Shown: in pieces, positions 18,367 to 28,791 of the stretch
Layout: every line of letters starts with the position of its first letter
How positions within the stretch are numbered: the stretch's first letter is position 1
Virus record (IMG/VR): IMGVR_UViG_2778261675_000005
From: a virus
Lineage: Duplodnaviria > Heunggongvirae > Uroviricota > Caudoviricetes
DNA: 34,479 nucleotides
Direction: 5' to 3' (one strand)
Program-made: the position numbers and the translations under genes
Notes under the pieces: generated by a model
Seen by the model: only the letters and a program-made list of their open reading frames with translations
Database searches by the model: none
Told to the model about the DNA's origin: nothing

Positions 18367-18511
18367 CCCGCAGAAGAACGGCGATTTAAGTGCCGATATC
18401 CGGCTGCTTGAGAACGCGCTGGCACGCTGTGCCAGCCAGGTAAAAATGATTAAACACTGTCAGGACGAAAACGATGCTCAAACCCGACAGCCTGCGCAGG
18501 GCGCTGACTGA
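18221..18511 (+). CDS. lysC: o-spanin (Rz1-like lipoprotein) LysC
   Basis: 96 aa in the +1 frame, starting inside lysB; signal peptide with lipobox (LMLCAGC); GAGG RBS before the ATG at 18221. Confidence 0.8.
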   Translation: MKTKIFAAGTVLTCLMLCAGCTSARPAQTPVIVHNACPKVSLCPMPGSDPQKNGDLSADIRLLENALARCASQVKMIKHCQDENDAQTRQPAQGAD

Positions 18512-18941
18512 TGCAGTCACGGTGCTGAAAACCAGTCCCGAGATGCTGCGGATATTCGTGGATAACGGGAGTATTGCCTCCACGCTGGCGACGTCGCTGT
18601 CATTCGAAAAGCGTTACACGCTCAATGTCATTGTGACCGACTTTACCGGTGATTTTGACCTGCTCATCGTGCCGGTGCTGGCGTGGCTGCGGGAAAATCA
18701 GCCCGACATCATGACCACCGACGAAGGCCAGAAAAAGGGCTTCACGTTTTATGCGGACATCAACAATGACAGCAGCTTTGATATCAGCATCAGCCTGATG
18801 CTGACCGAGCGCACGCTGGTCAGTGAGGTGGACGGCGCACTGCATGTGAAGAATATCCCGGAACCTCCGCCGCCGGAGCCGGTCACCCGCCCGATGGAGC
18901 TTTATATCAATGGCGAACTGGTGAGCAAGTGGGATGAATGA
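18474..18941 (+). CDS. R: tail completion protein R
   Basis: 155 aa, P2 gpR length and position. Confidence 0.85.
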   Translation: MLKPDSLRRALTDAVTVLKTSPEMLRIFVDNGSIASTLATSLSFEKRYTLNVIVTDFTGDFDLLIVPVLAWLRENQPDIMTTDEGQKKGFTFYADINNDSSFDISISLMLTERTLVSEVDGALHVKNIPEPPPPEPVTRPMELYINGELVSKWDE

Positions 18942-19386
18942 GTTTAAGCGTTTTGAAGACCGGCTGACCGGGCTGATTGAATCACTGTCACCATCAGGGC
19001 GTCGGCGACTGAGCACCGAACTGGCGAAACATCTGCGGCAGAGTCAGCAGCGCCGGGTGATGGCACAGAAAGCCCCGGACGGCACACCCTACGCACCACG
19101 CCAGCAGCAGAGCGCCAGAAAAAAGACCGGTCGTGTTAAGCGAAAAATGTTTGCGAAACTTATCACCAGTCGTTTTTTGCATATCCGCGCCAGCCCGGAA
19201 CAGGCATCAATGGAGTTTTACGGCGGAAAGTCACCGAAAATCGCCAGTGTGCATCAGTTCGGTCTGTCGGAAGAAACCCGGAAAGACGGTAAGAAAATTG
19301 ATTATCCGGCGCGTCCTCTGCTCGGCTTTACCGGTGAGGATGTGCAGATGATTGAAGAGATTATCCTGGCTCACCTTGAGCGTTAG
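18934..19386 (+). CDS. S: tail completion protein S
   Basis: 150 aa, P2 gpS length and position. Confidence 0.85.
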   Translation: MNEFKRFEDRLTGLIESLSPSGRRRLSTELAKHLRQSQQRRVMAQKAPDGTPYAPRQQQSARKKTGRVKRKMFAKLITSRFLHIRASPEQASMEFYGGKSPKIASVHQFGLSEETRKDGKKIDYPARPLLGFTGEDVQMIEEIILAHLER

Positions 19387-19416
19387 TTTTATCCAGGCAG
19401 AGGCTGATGCGCAATT

Positions 19417-19451
19417 AAACATTGAGCGGCCATGCTGGTCGCTCAATGTTT
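19417..19451. terminator. 12-bp-stem hairpin between convergent S and the membrane-protein gene
   Basis: AAACATTGAGCG ... CGCTCAATGTTT inverted repeat read directly; no strong T-run on either side. Confidence 0.45.
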
Positions 19452-19457
19452 AGAGGT

Positions 19458-20243
19458 TTATGAGTGATTTTTATTTGATGCTTTGTATTCTAAAACCTTC
19501 TTATTGGCGTAAAAGAATTTTGTATATGACAGGAATATAACCAGACCTAAAGTGAAATAGACGAGGGATAGTATTAATAATGCTTTTTTGTGACTGTTAT
19601 TGTCTTTAATCTCCTGGCTTAACCATTCGGAGTCCTCCTCGTTTAGCTGTAAGAGCTTATTGCAGGCGATCTCAGGAAGTGTGTCTTTTATAAATACGTT
19701 TTGCAGTCTCTTGCAATCGGCAAGGCTATAAGTTTTATTAAATTCAACTGCTTTATTTTTGAAGGATAAAAGAACTTTGTCACTATAAACATAGTACATC
19801 ATGTTTTTATATGGTATGCCTATGGCATCCCTTACTATAACGGATTGTTCGTTGTGTATGTAACATGCGAGGAGAATGTAAAAAATACTGGCCAGAATTA
19901 CAATTATTGTTTTAATTATGTGTGGTGGTTTTGTTATGTCACCCCAGATGCGAGTAAGGAAAAAATACGATGTTTTTAGTTTTCCATCAATCAGTCCCTG
20001 CTGTATCATTCTCACATTTTCAATGCCTGATACATTGATTCCGTTAATTATTTTAAATAGTTGAATGTCGCGCCACTCGCGGTCAAGTCTTTTTAATTTT
20101 TTGTCTGAATATCCAAAATTGAAATAATGTGCAATAAGCCTCATAAGGTTACTTTTACCAAAGCTAAAAAATGCTAATACTGCAAAGCTACAAAGGAAAA
20201 AAACGATTAGCCCCCACACATTAGTCACATTATAGCTGACCAT
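19458..20243 (-). CDS. multi-pass membrane protein, cargo gene at the P2 orf30 position
   Basis: 261 aa, very AT-rich, opposite strand to the flanking late genes; predicted transmembrane helices near residues 9-27, 112-131 and 220-240; GGAGAG RBS before the ATG. Confidence 0.7.
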   Translation of the reverse strand: MVSYNVTNVWGLIVFFLCSFAVLAFFSFGKSNLMRLIAHYFNFGYSDKKLKRLDREWRDIQLFKIINGINVSGIENVRMIQQGLIDGKLKTSYFFLTRIWGDITKPPHIIKTIIVILASIFYILLACYIHNEQSVIVRDAIGIPYKNMMYYVYSDKVLLSFKNKAVEFNKTYSLADCKRLQNVFIKDTLPEIACNKLLQLNEEDSEWLSQEIKDNNSHKKALLILSLVYFTLGLVIFLSYTKFFYANKKVLEYKASNKNHS

Positions 20244-20326
20244 TACGCTCTCCTTGAATGTTGTCTGGTAGTTCTACAAATGAATCCAGATAGCATAACT
20301 TTTATATATTGTGCAATCTCACATGC

Positions 20327-20962
20327 ATGAACACTCTCGCAAATATTCAGGAACTCGCGCGCGCACTGCGCAACATGATTCGCACCGGCATTATCGTCGA
20401 AACCGACCTTAACGCCGGTCGCTGCCGTGTGCAGACCGGCGGCATGTGCACCGACTGGCTTCAGTGGCTGACCCATCGTGCCGGACGTTCACGCACATGG
20501 TGGGCACCTTCCGTGGGGGAACAGGTGCTGATTCTGGCCGTGGGCGGTGAACTCGACACGGCGTTCGTTCTGCCGGGGATTTATTCCGGCGATAACCCTC
20601 CGCCGTCTGCGTCGGCGGATGCCCTGCACATACGTTTCCCTGACGGGGCGGTGATTGAATATGAACCCGAAACCAGTGCACTCACGGTAAGCGGAATTAA
20701 AACGGCCAGCGTGACGGCTTCTGATTCTGTTACTGCCACGGTGCCGGTGGTCATGGTGAAAGCATCAACCCGCGTCACCCTGGACACCCCGGAGGTGGTC
20801 TGCACCAACAGGCTGATTACCGGCACGCTGGAAGTGCAGAAGGGCGGGACGATGCGCGGCAACATTGAACACACCGGCGGTGAACTCTCATCAAACGGTA
20901 AGGTACTGCATACCCATAAACATCCCGGCGACAGCGGCGGCACAACCGGGAGTCCTTTATGA
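20327..20962 (+). CDS. V: baseplate spike protein
   Basis: 211 aa from the ATG at 20327, P2 gpV length and position. Confidence 0.85.
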   Translation: MNTLANIQELARALRNMIRTGIIVETDLNAGRCRVQTGGMCTDWLQWLTHRAGRSRTWWAPSVGEQVLILAVGGELDTAFVLPGIYSGDNPPPSASADALHIRFPDGAVIEYEPETSALTVSGIKTASVTASDSVTATVPVVMVKASTRVTLDTPEVVCTNRLITGTLEVQKGGTMRGNIEHTGGELSSNGKVLHTHKHPGDSGGTTGSPL

Positions 20963-21306
20963 CAGCGCGTTATCTCGGAATGAATCGCAGTGATGGCCTG
21001 ACTGTCACTGACCTTGAGCATATCAGCCAGAGTATCGGCGATATCCTGCGCACACCGGTCGGCTCACGGGTGATGCGTCGTGATTACGGCTCGTTGCTGG
21101 CATCAATGATTGACCAGCCGCAGACCCCGGCGCTTGAGTTGCAGATTAAGGTCGCCTGTTACATGGCGGTGCTGAAATGGGAACCCCGCGTCACCCTGTC
21201 ATCCGTTACCACTGAGCGCAGTTTTGACGGGCGAATGACGGTCACGTTAACCGGCCAGCACAACGACACCGGCCAGCCACTTTCATTAACCATCCCTGTG
21301 AGTTGA
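20959..21306 (+). CDS. W: baseplate wedge protein W
   Basis: 115 aa, P2 gpW length, ATGA overlap with V. Confidence 0.85.
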   Translation: MTARYLGMNRSDGLTVTDLEHISQSIGDILRTPVGSRVMRRDYGSLLASMIDQPQTPALELQIKVACYMAVLKWEPRVTLSSVTTERSFDGRMTVTLTGQHNDTGQPLSLTIPVS

Positions 21307-21310
21307 AACC

Positions 21311-22219
21311 ATGCCGATTATCGACCTGAACCAGCTACCCGCACCAGATGTGGTCGAGGAGCTGGACTTTGAAAGCATTCTCGCTGAACGCAAGGCGACA
21401 CTGATTTCCCTTTACCCGGAAGATCAGCAGGAGGCGGTCGCCCGTACCCTGACACTGGAATCTGAGCCTCTCGTCAAACTGCTGGAAGAAAATGCTTATC
21501 GTGAGCTTATCTGGCGTCAGCGTGTGAATGAGGCCGCACGGGCGGTGATGCTGGCCTGTGCCGCCGGTAATGACCTTGATGTGATTGGTGCCAATTACAA
21601 CACCACGCGCCTGACTATCACCCCGGCAGATGATTCGACCATTCCGCCGACACCGGCAGTGATGGAATCTGACACCGATTATCGTCTGCGTATTCAGCAG
21701 GCTTTTGAGGGCTTAAGCGTCGCCGGGTCAGTGGGAGCCTATCAGTATCATGGTCGCAGTGCTGACGGGCGTGTCGCGGATATTTCTGTCACCAGTCCGT
21801 CTCCTGCCTGTGTCACCATCTCTGTGCTGTCACGTGAAAATAACGGCGTCGCATCCGAAGACCTGCTGGCTGTGGTGCGTAACGCCCTTAATGGCGAGGA
21901 CGTCAGGCCGGTGGCCGACCGCGTGACCGTGCAGTCTGCCGCCATCGTTGAATACCAGATAAACGCCACGCTTTACCTTTACCCTGGTCCCGAAAGCGAA
22001 CCCATCCGCGCTGCCGCTGTGAAAAAGCTGGAAGCGTATATCACGGCACAGCACCGGCTGGGGCGCGACATCCGTCTGTCTGCCATTTATGCCGCTTTGC
22101 ATGTGGAAGGTGTGCAGCGTGTCGAACTGGCTGCACCACTGGCCGACATCGTGCTCAACAGTACGCAGGCGTCTTTCTGTACCGAATACCACGTCGTGAC
22201 CGGAGGCTCGGATGAGTGA
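21311..22219 (+). CDS. J: baseplate protein J
   Basis: 302 aa, P2 gpJ length and position. Confidence 0.85.
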   Translation: MPIIDLNQLPAPDVVEELDFESILAERKATLISLYPEDQQEAVARTLTLESEPLVKLLEENAYRELIWRQRVNEAARAVMLACAAGNDLDVIGANYNTTRLTITPADDSTIPPTPAVMESDTDYRLRIQQAFEGLSVAGSVGAYQYHGRSADGRVADISVTSPSPACVTISVLSRENNGVASEDLLAVVRNALNGEDVRPVADRVTVQSAAIVEYQINATLYLYPGPESEPIRAAAVKKLEAYITAQHRLGRDIRLSAIYAALHVEGVQRVELAAPLADIVLNSTQASFCTEYHVVTGGSDE

Positions 22220-22742
22220 TTCGCGACTGCTGCCGACCGGCTCATCACCGCTTGAGGTCGCCGCCGCAAAAGCCTGTGCGGAAATTGAAAAAACGCCGGT
22301 CAGTATTCGTGAGCTGTGGAACCCGGACACCTGTCCGGCAAATCTGCTGCCGTGGCTGGCGTGGGCGTTTTCGGTCGACAGGTGGGATGAAAAGTGGCCG
22401 GAAGCGACAAAACGCGCCGTTATCCGCGATGCGTATTTCATCCACTGTCATAAAGGCACAATAGGTGCAATCCGGCGTGTGGTGGAGCCGCTCGGCTATC
22501 TCATCAACGTGACGGAGTGGTGGGAAAACAGTGACCCGCCCGGCACCTTCCGGCTTGATATTGGTGTACTGGAAAGCGGCATCACAGAGGCAATGTATCA
22601 GGAAATGGAACGGCTGATTGCTGATGCCAAACCTGCAAGCCGCCACCTTATTGGTCTGAACATTACCCGGGACATTCCCGGCTACCTGTTTGCCGGTGGT
22701 GTGGCTTATGACGGCGATGTAATTACGGTTTACCCCGGATAA
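22212..22742 (+). CDS. I: baseplate protein I
   Basis: 176 aa, P2 gpI length and position. Confidence 0.85.
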   Translation: MSDSRLLPTGSSPLEVAAAKACAEIEKTPVSIRELWNPDTCPANLLPWLAWAFSVDRWDEKWPEATKRAVIRDAYFIHCHKGTIGAIRRVVEPLGYLINVTEWWENSDPPGTFRLDIGVLESGITEAMYQEMERLIADAKPASRHLIGLNITRDIPGYLFAGGVAYDGDVITVYPG

Positions 22743-22752
22743 GTGAGGAATA

Positions 22753-24774
22753 ATGAGCACAAAATTCAAAACCGTTATCACCACTGCCGGTGCAGCAAAG
22801 CTGGCAGCGGCAACCGCGCCGGGAGGGCGGAAGGTCAACATTACCACGATGGCCGTCGGGGATGGCGGTGGTAAATTGCCTGTCCCGGATGCCGGACAGA
22901 CCGGGCTTATCCACGAAGTCTGGCGACATGCGCTGAACAAAATCAGCCAGGACAAACGAAACAGTAATTATATTATCGCAGAGCTGGTTATTCCGCCGGA
23001 GGTGGGCGGTTTCTGGATGCGTGAGCTTGGCCTGTACGATGATGCAGGAACGTTAATTGCCGTGGCGAACATGGCCGAAAGTTATAAGCCAGCCCTTGCC
23101 GAAGGCTCAGGACGTTCGCAGACCTGCCGCATGGTCATTATCGTCAGCAGTGTGGCCTCAGTGGATCTGACCATCGACACCACAACGGTGATGGCGACGC
23201 AGGATTACGTTGATGACAAAATTGCAGAACATGAACAGTCACGACGTCACCCTGACGCCTCGCTGACCGCAAAAGGTTTTACTCAGTTAAGCAGTGCGAC
23301 CAACAGCACGTCTGAAACACTGGCTGCAACGCCGAAAGCCGTTAAGACGGTAATGGATGAAACGAACAAGAAAGCGCCATTAAACAGCCCTGCACTGACC
23401 GGAACGCCAACGACGCCAACTGCGCGACAGGGAACGAATAATACTCAGATCGCAAACACGGCTTTCGTTATGGCCGCGATTGCCGCCCTTGTAGACTCGT
23501 CGCCTGACGCACTGAATACGCTGAACGAGCTGGCGGCGGCGCTGGGCAATGACCCGAATTTTGCTACCACCATGACTAATGCGCTTGCGGGTAAGCAACC
23601 GAAAGATGCCACCCTGACGGCACTGGCGGGGCTTGCTACTGCGGCAGACAGGTTTCCGTATTTTATTGGGAATGATGTTGCCAGCCTGGCAACCCTGACA
23701 AAAGTCGGGCGGGATATTCTGGCTAAATCGACCGTTGCCGCCGTTATCGAATATCTCGGTTTACAGGAAACGGTAAACCGAGCCGGGAACGCCGTGCAAA
23801 AAAATGGCGATACCTTGTCCGGTGGACTTACTTTTGAAAACGACTCAATCCTTGCCTGGATTCGAAATACTGACTGGGCGAAGATTGGATTTAAAAATGA
23901 TGCCGATGGTGACACTGATTCATTCATGTGGTTTGAAACGGGGGATAACGGCAATGAATATTTCAAATGGAGAAGCCGCCAGAGTACTACAACAAAAGAC
24001 CTGATGAATCTTAAATGGGATGCTTTGTATGTTCTTGTCAATGCCATTGTAAATGGCGAAGTCATATCAAAATCAGCAAACGGCCTACGTATTGCTTATG
24101 GTAATTACGGATTCTTTATTCGTAATGATGGTTCAAATACATACTTCATGTTGACAAACTCCGGTGACAACATGGGGACTTATAACGGATTAAGGCCATT
24201 ATGGATTAATAACGCTACTGGCGCTGTTTCGATGGGGCGTGGCCTTAATGTTTCAGGGGAGACGCTTTCAGACCGTTTTGCTATTAACAGCAGTAATGGT
24301 ATGTGGATTCAGATGCGCGATAACAACGCTATCTTTGGGAAAAATATAGTTAACACTGATAGCGCTCAGGCTTTGCTCCGTCAGGACCATGCCGACCGCA
24401 AATTTATGATTGGCGGTCTGGGAAATAAGCAATTTGGCATCTACATGATTAATAACTCAAGGACAGCCAATGGCACCGATGGTCAGGCGTACATGGATAA
24501 TAACGGTAACTGGCTTTGTGGCTCGCAAGTTATTCCTGGCAACTATGGCAATTTTGATTCCAGATATGTGAAAGATGTTCGACTTGGGTCACAGCAATAT
24601 TATGGAGTGAACAACTGGCAAACATGGAATTTCCAGTGCCCGTCAGGTCATGTATTGTCTGGTATTAATGTTCAGGATACAGGGTCCAACTCTGCCGATA
24701 ATATAGCGGGCGTTTATTACAGACCCGTTCAAAAGTATATAAATGGCACCTGGTATAATGTAGCGAGCGTTTAA
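22753..24774 (+). CDS. H: tail fiber protein
   Basis: 673 aa; N-terminal region conserved with P2 gpH, C-terminal third AT-rich. Confidence 0.85.
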   Translation: MSTKFKTVITTAGAAKLAAATAPGGRKVNITTMAVGDGGGKLPVPDAGQTGLIHEVWRHALNKISQDKRNSNYIIAELVIPPEVGGFWMRELGLYDDAGTLIAVANMAESYKPALAEGSGRSQTCRMVIIVSSVASVDLTIDTTTVMATQDYVDDKIAEHEQSRRHPDASLTAKGFTQLSSATNSTSETLAATPKAVKTVMDETNKKAPLNSPALTGTPTTPTARQGTNNTQIANTAFVMAAIAALVDSSPDALNTLNELAAALGNDPNFATTMTNALAGKQPKDATLTALAGLATAADRFPYFIGNDVASLATLTKVGRDILAKSTVAAVIEYLGLQETVNRAGNAVQKNGDTLSGGLTFENDSILAWIRNTDWAKIGFKNDADGDTDSFMWFETGDNGNEYFKWRSRQSTTTKDLMNLKWDALYVLVNAIVNGEVISKSANGLRIAYGNYGFFIRNDGSNTYFMLTNSGDNMGTYNGLRPLWINNATGAVSMGRGLNVSGETLSDRFAINSSNGMWIQMRDNNAIFGKNIVNTDSAQALLRQDHADRKFMIGGLGNKQFGIYMINNSRTANGTDGQAYMDNNGNWLCGSQVIPGNYGNFDSRYVKDVRLGSQQYYGVNNWQTWNFQCPSGHVLSGINVQDTGSNSADNIAGVYYRPVQKYINGTWYNVASV

Positions 24775-24775
24775 T

Positions 24776-25303
24776 ATGATGCACTTAAAGAACATAAAAG
24801 CGGGTAACGCTAAAACACTGGAACAGTATGAGTTAACAAAGAAACACGGAGTTATCTGGCTTTACTCTGAGGACGGAAAAAACTGGTATGAGGAAGTGAA
24901 GAACTTTCAGCCAGACACAATAAAGATTGTTTACGATGAAAATAATATTATTGTCGCTATCACCAGAGATGCTTCAACGCTTAATCCTGAAGGTTTTAGC
25001 GTTGTTGAGGTTCCTGATATTACCTCCAACCGACGTGCTGACGACTCAGGTAAATGGATGTTTAAGGATGGTGCCGTGATTAAGCGGATTTATACGGCAG
25101 ACGAACAGCAGAAACTGGCGGAATTACATAAGGCAGCTTTGCTTTCCGAAGCTGAATCCGTGATTTTGCCGCTGGAGCGCGCGGTCAGGCTGAATATGGC
25201 AACAGATGAGGAGCGTAGTCGACTGGAGGCATGGGAACGCTATAGTGTTCTGGTCAGTCGTGTGGATCCTGCAAATCCTGAATGGCCGGAAATGCCGCAA
25301 TAA
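24776..25303 (+). CDS. G: tail fiber assembly chaperone
   Basis: 175 aa immediately after H, AT-rich like the H C-terminus; P2 gpG length. Confidence 0.8.
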   Translation: MMHLKNIKAGNAKTLEQYELTKKHGVIWLYSEDGKNWYEEVKNFQPDTIKIVYDENNIIVAITRDASTLNPEGFSVVEVPDITSNRRADDSGKWMFKDGAVIKRIYTADEQQKLAELHKAALLSEAESVILPLERAVRLNMATDEERSRLEAWERYSVLVSRVDPANPEWPEMPQ

Positions 25304-25338
25304 GTTGTATGAGCTCTAGTGTGGGCTTACATATCTAT

Positions 25339-25378
25339 GGCACAGAGTAAAGCCTAATCTGACAGTCCACTCTGTGCC
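25339..25378. repeat. inverted repeat (10-bp stem, 20-nt loop)
   Basis: GGCACAGAGT ... ACTCTGTGCC read directly, downstream of G; no U-tract. Confidence 0.4.
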
Positions 25379-25518
25379 AGAGGTGGGCATTGCTGATGTC
25401 ATAAAATATTATGCCAGCAGCCGTCTTAGGGGAGTGTTTACATTTCAATGATCGGGTATGATCTCGGCATGTTAATGGTTTATTACTAAATGCTTGCGCC
25501 TATCTTTATGGAGGAGTA

Positions 25519-26418
25519 ATGAGTGGTATTCGTATAACTCAGGCTATTGATAACAATCAGATTTTAGTAAATGTAAATACTTTTAATTATAGTGTTAATC
25601 CCTATCCACTCAAATGTCCTGACCCAAATTGCTCTGCTCATTTGGTGTATGTCAAAAGCCATATTCGTCGGAGTTTTAATAAAACCTTGCATATCCCCGC
25701 CTTCTTTAGACTGGAAAAAAATTTCACGCATGACAAATTATGCCAGTATGGAACTTCAGGATTGAATACAATTTATGCAAGTGATTCCAGTCATGATATC
25801 AGCCGTGCGCTTGCCACAGGTAATAATATATTCCGTATACATATACTCGATGAAGATGATATCTCTAAATTAAGCAGAAAAGCTGCAGCTATGCAGGCAA
25901 ATCCACCTTCTGATACTACAGACCGCGTTTATGTCAAGAGAGGTCGGAAAGCCCCTTATGTGAAGAACATGGATAGCTTACGGGAGATCTATGAATATGG
26001 AAAAGCTCACCCCAACAAGAGAAACAGCATAAAAATTGTTACTGGAACAAGTACTGTAACGTGGTCTGATTTTTTCTATGAAACAACGCAGTTAGAACGA
26101 TTGTCAACTTACCTCCAGAAAGTAAAAATAGCTCAGGTTGCTGTAATTATGAAAGTGCATGTGGCGAGAATCCCTATGGCGAAATTTAATTATCGACACT
26201 TCATTGAAGGTTCGCCAATGAGGATAAAAGGGGGCTTTAATATATATCCTACGATTCAATTAGGAAATGTTACTCCAAAATTATTTCCGTTGAGTAGCAT
26301 TGTCATGGTACTCGGTAAATTTACTATTCCAACAAATAGAAAAATGATAATGGATCCAATATTTGAGCGTGAAGTCAGAACCATAGTTTCTAGTGAAGAG
26401 CAAGTGCTAATTCTTTGA
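25519..26418 (+). CDS. hypothetical 299-aa protein, cargo gene at the P2 Z/fun position
   Basis: AT-rich ORF between G and FI with its own GGAGG RBS and ~215 bp AT-rich upstream region; no motif I can assign. Confidence 0.65.
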   Translation: MSGIRITQAIDNNQILVNVNTFNYSVNPYPLKCPDPNCSAHLVYVKSHIRRSFNKTLHIPAFFRLEKNFTHDKLCQYGTSGLNTIYASDSSHDISRALATGNNIFRIHILDEDDISKLSRKAAAMQANPPSDTTDRVYVKRGRKAPYVKNMDSLREIYEYGKAHPNKRNSIKIVTGTSTVTWSDFFYETTQLERLSTYLQKVKIAQVAVIMKVHVARIPMAKFNYRHFIEGSPMRIKGGFNIYPTIQLGNVTPKLFPLSSIVMVLGKFTIPTNRKMIMDPIFEREVRTIVSSEEQVLIL

Positions 26419-26611
26419 AATCAAGAGGATTTGGCTCGGATGATTATGTGCGGCTTATAACCATAACGTAATGAGCGGATTTTTCTACTGCTTTTTATCA
26501 TTTTGGTTAACTAAAACTAACCTCTGCTCCTCGCTCAAAGCAGACTGTCAGATTTGATAGCGTTTTGGCTATGTAAATTGTCAGTCGGAAAATGAGTGAG
26601 TACAAATCAGG

Positions 26612-26645
26612 ACAGGCGGGCGAATTGCCTGCCTTTTCTTTATCT
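26612..26645 (+). terminator. probable terminator after the fun-locus gene
   Basis: Imperfect GC-rich hairpin (CAGGC...GCCTG) followed by TTTTCTTT. Confidence 0.35.
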
Positions 26646-26737
26646 GTTGTTTCATCCACTGACCAGCCAGGTCAAATAGCGTCTCATGCACTGCCCAACA
26701 GAAAATAGTTGCACCCATTAACCACGGAGTTAAACGG

Positions 26738-27928
26738 ATGAGTGACTATCATCACGGCGTGCAGGTGCTGGAGATTAACGACGGCACCCGCGTCATTTCC
26801 ACCGTATCCACCGCCATTGTCGGCATGGTCTGCACGGCCAGCGATGCGGATGCGGAAATCTTCCCCCTCAATAAACCAGTGCTGATTACCAATGTGCAGA
26901 GCGCAATTGCAAAGGCCGGTAAAAAAGGCACGCTGGCGGCATCGTTGCAGGCCATCGCCGACCAGTCAAAACCGGTCACCGTTGTCGTGCGTGTGGAAGA
27001 CGGCACCGGCGACGACGAGGAAACGAAACTTGCGCAGACCGTTTCCAATATCATCGGCACCACCGACGAAAACGGTCAGTACACCGGACTGAAAGCCCTG
27101 CTGGCGGCGGAGTCGGTAACCGGTGTTAAACCGCGTATTCTCGGCGTGCCGGGGCTGGATACCAAAGAGGTGGCTGTTGCACTGGCATCAGTCTGTCAGA
27201 AGCTGCGCGCTTTCGGGTATATCAGCGCATGGGGCTGTAAAACCATTTCCGAGGTGAAAGCCTACCGCCAGAATTTCAGCCAGCGTGAGCTGATGGTCAT
27301 CTGGCCGGATTTCCTCGCATGGGATACGGTCACCAGCACCACCGCCACCGCGTATGCCACCGCCCGTGCGCTGGGTCTGCGTGCCAGAATCGACCAGGAG
27401 CAGGGCTGGCATAAAACGCTGTCCAATGTCGGGGTGAACGGTGTTACCGGCATCAGCGCATCTGTATTCTGGGATTTGCAGGAGTCCGGCACCGATGCTG
27501 ACCTGCTTAACGAGTCAGGCGTCACTACGCTGATTCGCCGCGACGGTTTCCGATTCTGGGGTAACCGTACCTGCTCTGATGACCCGCTGTTCCTCTTTGA
27601 AAACTACACCCGCACCGCGCAGGTGCTGGCCGACACGATGGCTGAGGCGCACATGTGGGCGGTGGACAAGCCCATCACCGCAACGCTGATTCGCGACATC
27701 GTTGACGGCATCAATGCCAAATTCCGTGAGCTGAAAACAAACGGCTATATCGTGGATGCGACCTGCTGGTTCAGCGAAGAATCCAACGATGCGGAAACCC
27801 TTAAGGCCGGAAAACTGTATATCGACTACGACTATACCCCGGTGCCTCCTCTTGAAAACCTGACCCTGCGCCAGCGTATTACCGATAAATACCTGGCAAA
27901 TCTGGTCACCTCGGTTAACAGCAATTAA
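26738..27928 (+). CDS. FI: tail sheath protein
   Basis: 396 aa, P2 gpFI length and position. Confidence 0.9.
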   Translation: MSDYHHGVQVLEINDGTRVISTVSTAIVGMVCTASDADAEIFPLNKPVLITNVQSAIAKAGKKGTLAASLQAIADQSKPVTVVVRVEDGTGDDEETKLAQTVSNIIGTTDENGQYTGLKALLAAESVTGVKPRILGVPGLDTKEVAVALASVCQKLRAFGYISAWGCKTISEVKAYRQNFSQRELMVIWPDFLAWDTVTSTTATAYATARALGLRARIDQEQGWHKTLSNVGVNGVTGISASVFWDLQESGTDADLLNESGVTTLIRRDGFRFWGNRTCSDDPLFLFENYTRTAQVLADTMAEAHMWAVDKPITATLIRDIVDGINAKFRELKTNGYIVDATCWFSEESNDAETLKAGKLYIDYDYTPVPPLENLTLRQRITDKYLANLVTSVNSN

Positions 27929-27940
27929 GGAGCCTGACCG

Positions 27941-28459
27941 ATGGCAATGCCGCGCAAACTCAAGTTAATGAACGTCTTTCTGAACGGCTACAGCTATCAG
28001 GGCGTTGCAAAGTCCGTCACGCTGCCAAAACTGACCCGTAAGCTCGAAAACTATCGCGGTGCGGGGATGAACGGCAGCGCACCGGTAGACCTCGGCCTTG
28101 ATGACGATGCGCTGTCAATGGAGTGGTCACTCGGTGGCTTCCCGGATTCGGTTATCTGGGAGCTTTACGCCGCAACCGGTGTGGATGCTGTGCCGATTCG
28201 TTTTGCAGGCTCTTACCAGCGTGACGATACCGGCGAAACGGTGGACGTCGAAGTGGTCATGCGTGGACGTCAGAAAGAAATCGACACCGGCGAGGGTAAA
28301 CAGGGAGAAGACACTGAGTCGAAAATCTCCGTGGTCTGCACCTATTTCCGGCTGACGATGGACGGTAAGGAGCTGGTCGAAATCGACACCATCAACATGA
28401 TTGAGAAGGTGAACGGCGTCGACCGGCTGGAGCAACACCGCCGCAATATCGGCCTGTGA
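27941..28459 (+). CDS. FII: tail tube protein
   Basis: 172 aa, P2 gpFII length and position. Confidence 0.9.
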   Translation: MAMPRKLKLMNVFLNGYSYQGVAKSVTLPKLTRKLENYRGAGMNGSAPVDLGLDDDALSMEWSLGGFPDSVIWELYAATGVDAVPIRFAGSYQRDDTGETVDVEVVMRGRQKEIDTGEGKQGEDTESKISVVCTYFRLTMDGKELVEIDTINMIEKVNGVDRLEQHRRNIGL

Positions 28460-28515
28460 TTTTCATCCGGTCAGCCAGGCTGACCGGTTAACCCTGATTC
28501 AGAAGTGAGAAAACC

Positions 28516-28791
28516 ATGAACAAAGAAAATGTGATTACCCTGGACAATCCGGTCAAGCGTGGTGAGCAGGTTATCGAACAGGTCACGCTGATGAAACCCA
28601 ATGCCGGGACGCTGCGCGGTGTCAGTCTGGCTGCGGTCGCGAACTCAGAAGTCGATGCACTGATTAAGGTGCTGCCGCGCATGACTGCACCGATGCTGAC
28701 CGAGCAGGAAGTCGCCGCACTGGAACTGCCTGACCTTGTGGCGCTGGCCGGTAAGGTGGTCGGTTTTTTGTCGCCGAACTCGGTGCAGTAA
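28516..28791 (+). CDS. E: tail assembly chaperone E
   Basis: 91 aa, P2 gpE length; slippery heptamer near the 3' end. Confidence 0.85.
   Translation: MNKENVITLDNPVKRGEQVIEQVTLMKPNAGTLRGVSLAAVANSEVDALIKVLPRMTAPMLTEQEVAALELPDLVALAGKVVGFLSPNSVQ

Noticed and set aside
25339-25378. Inverted repeat after G as a rho-independent terminator
   Set aside because: 10-bp stem but a 20-nt loop and no U-tract; kept only as a repeat.
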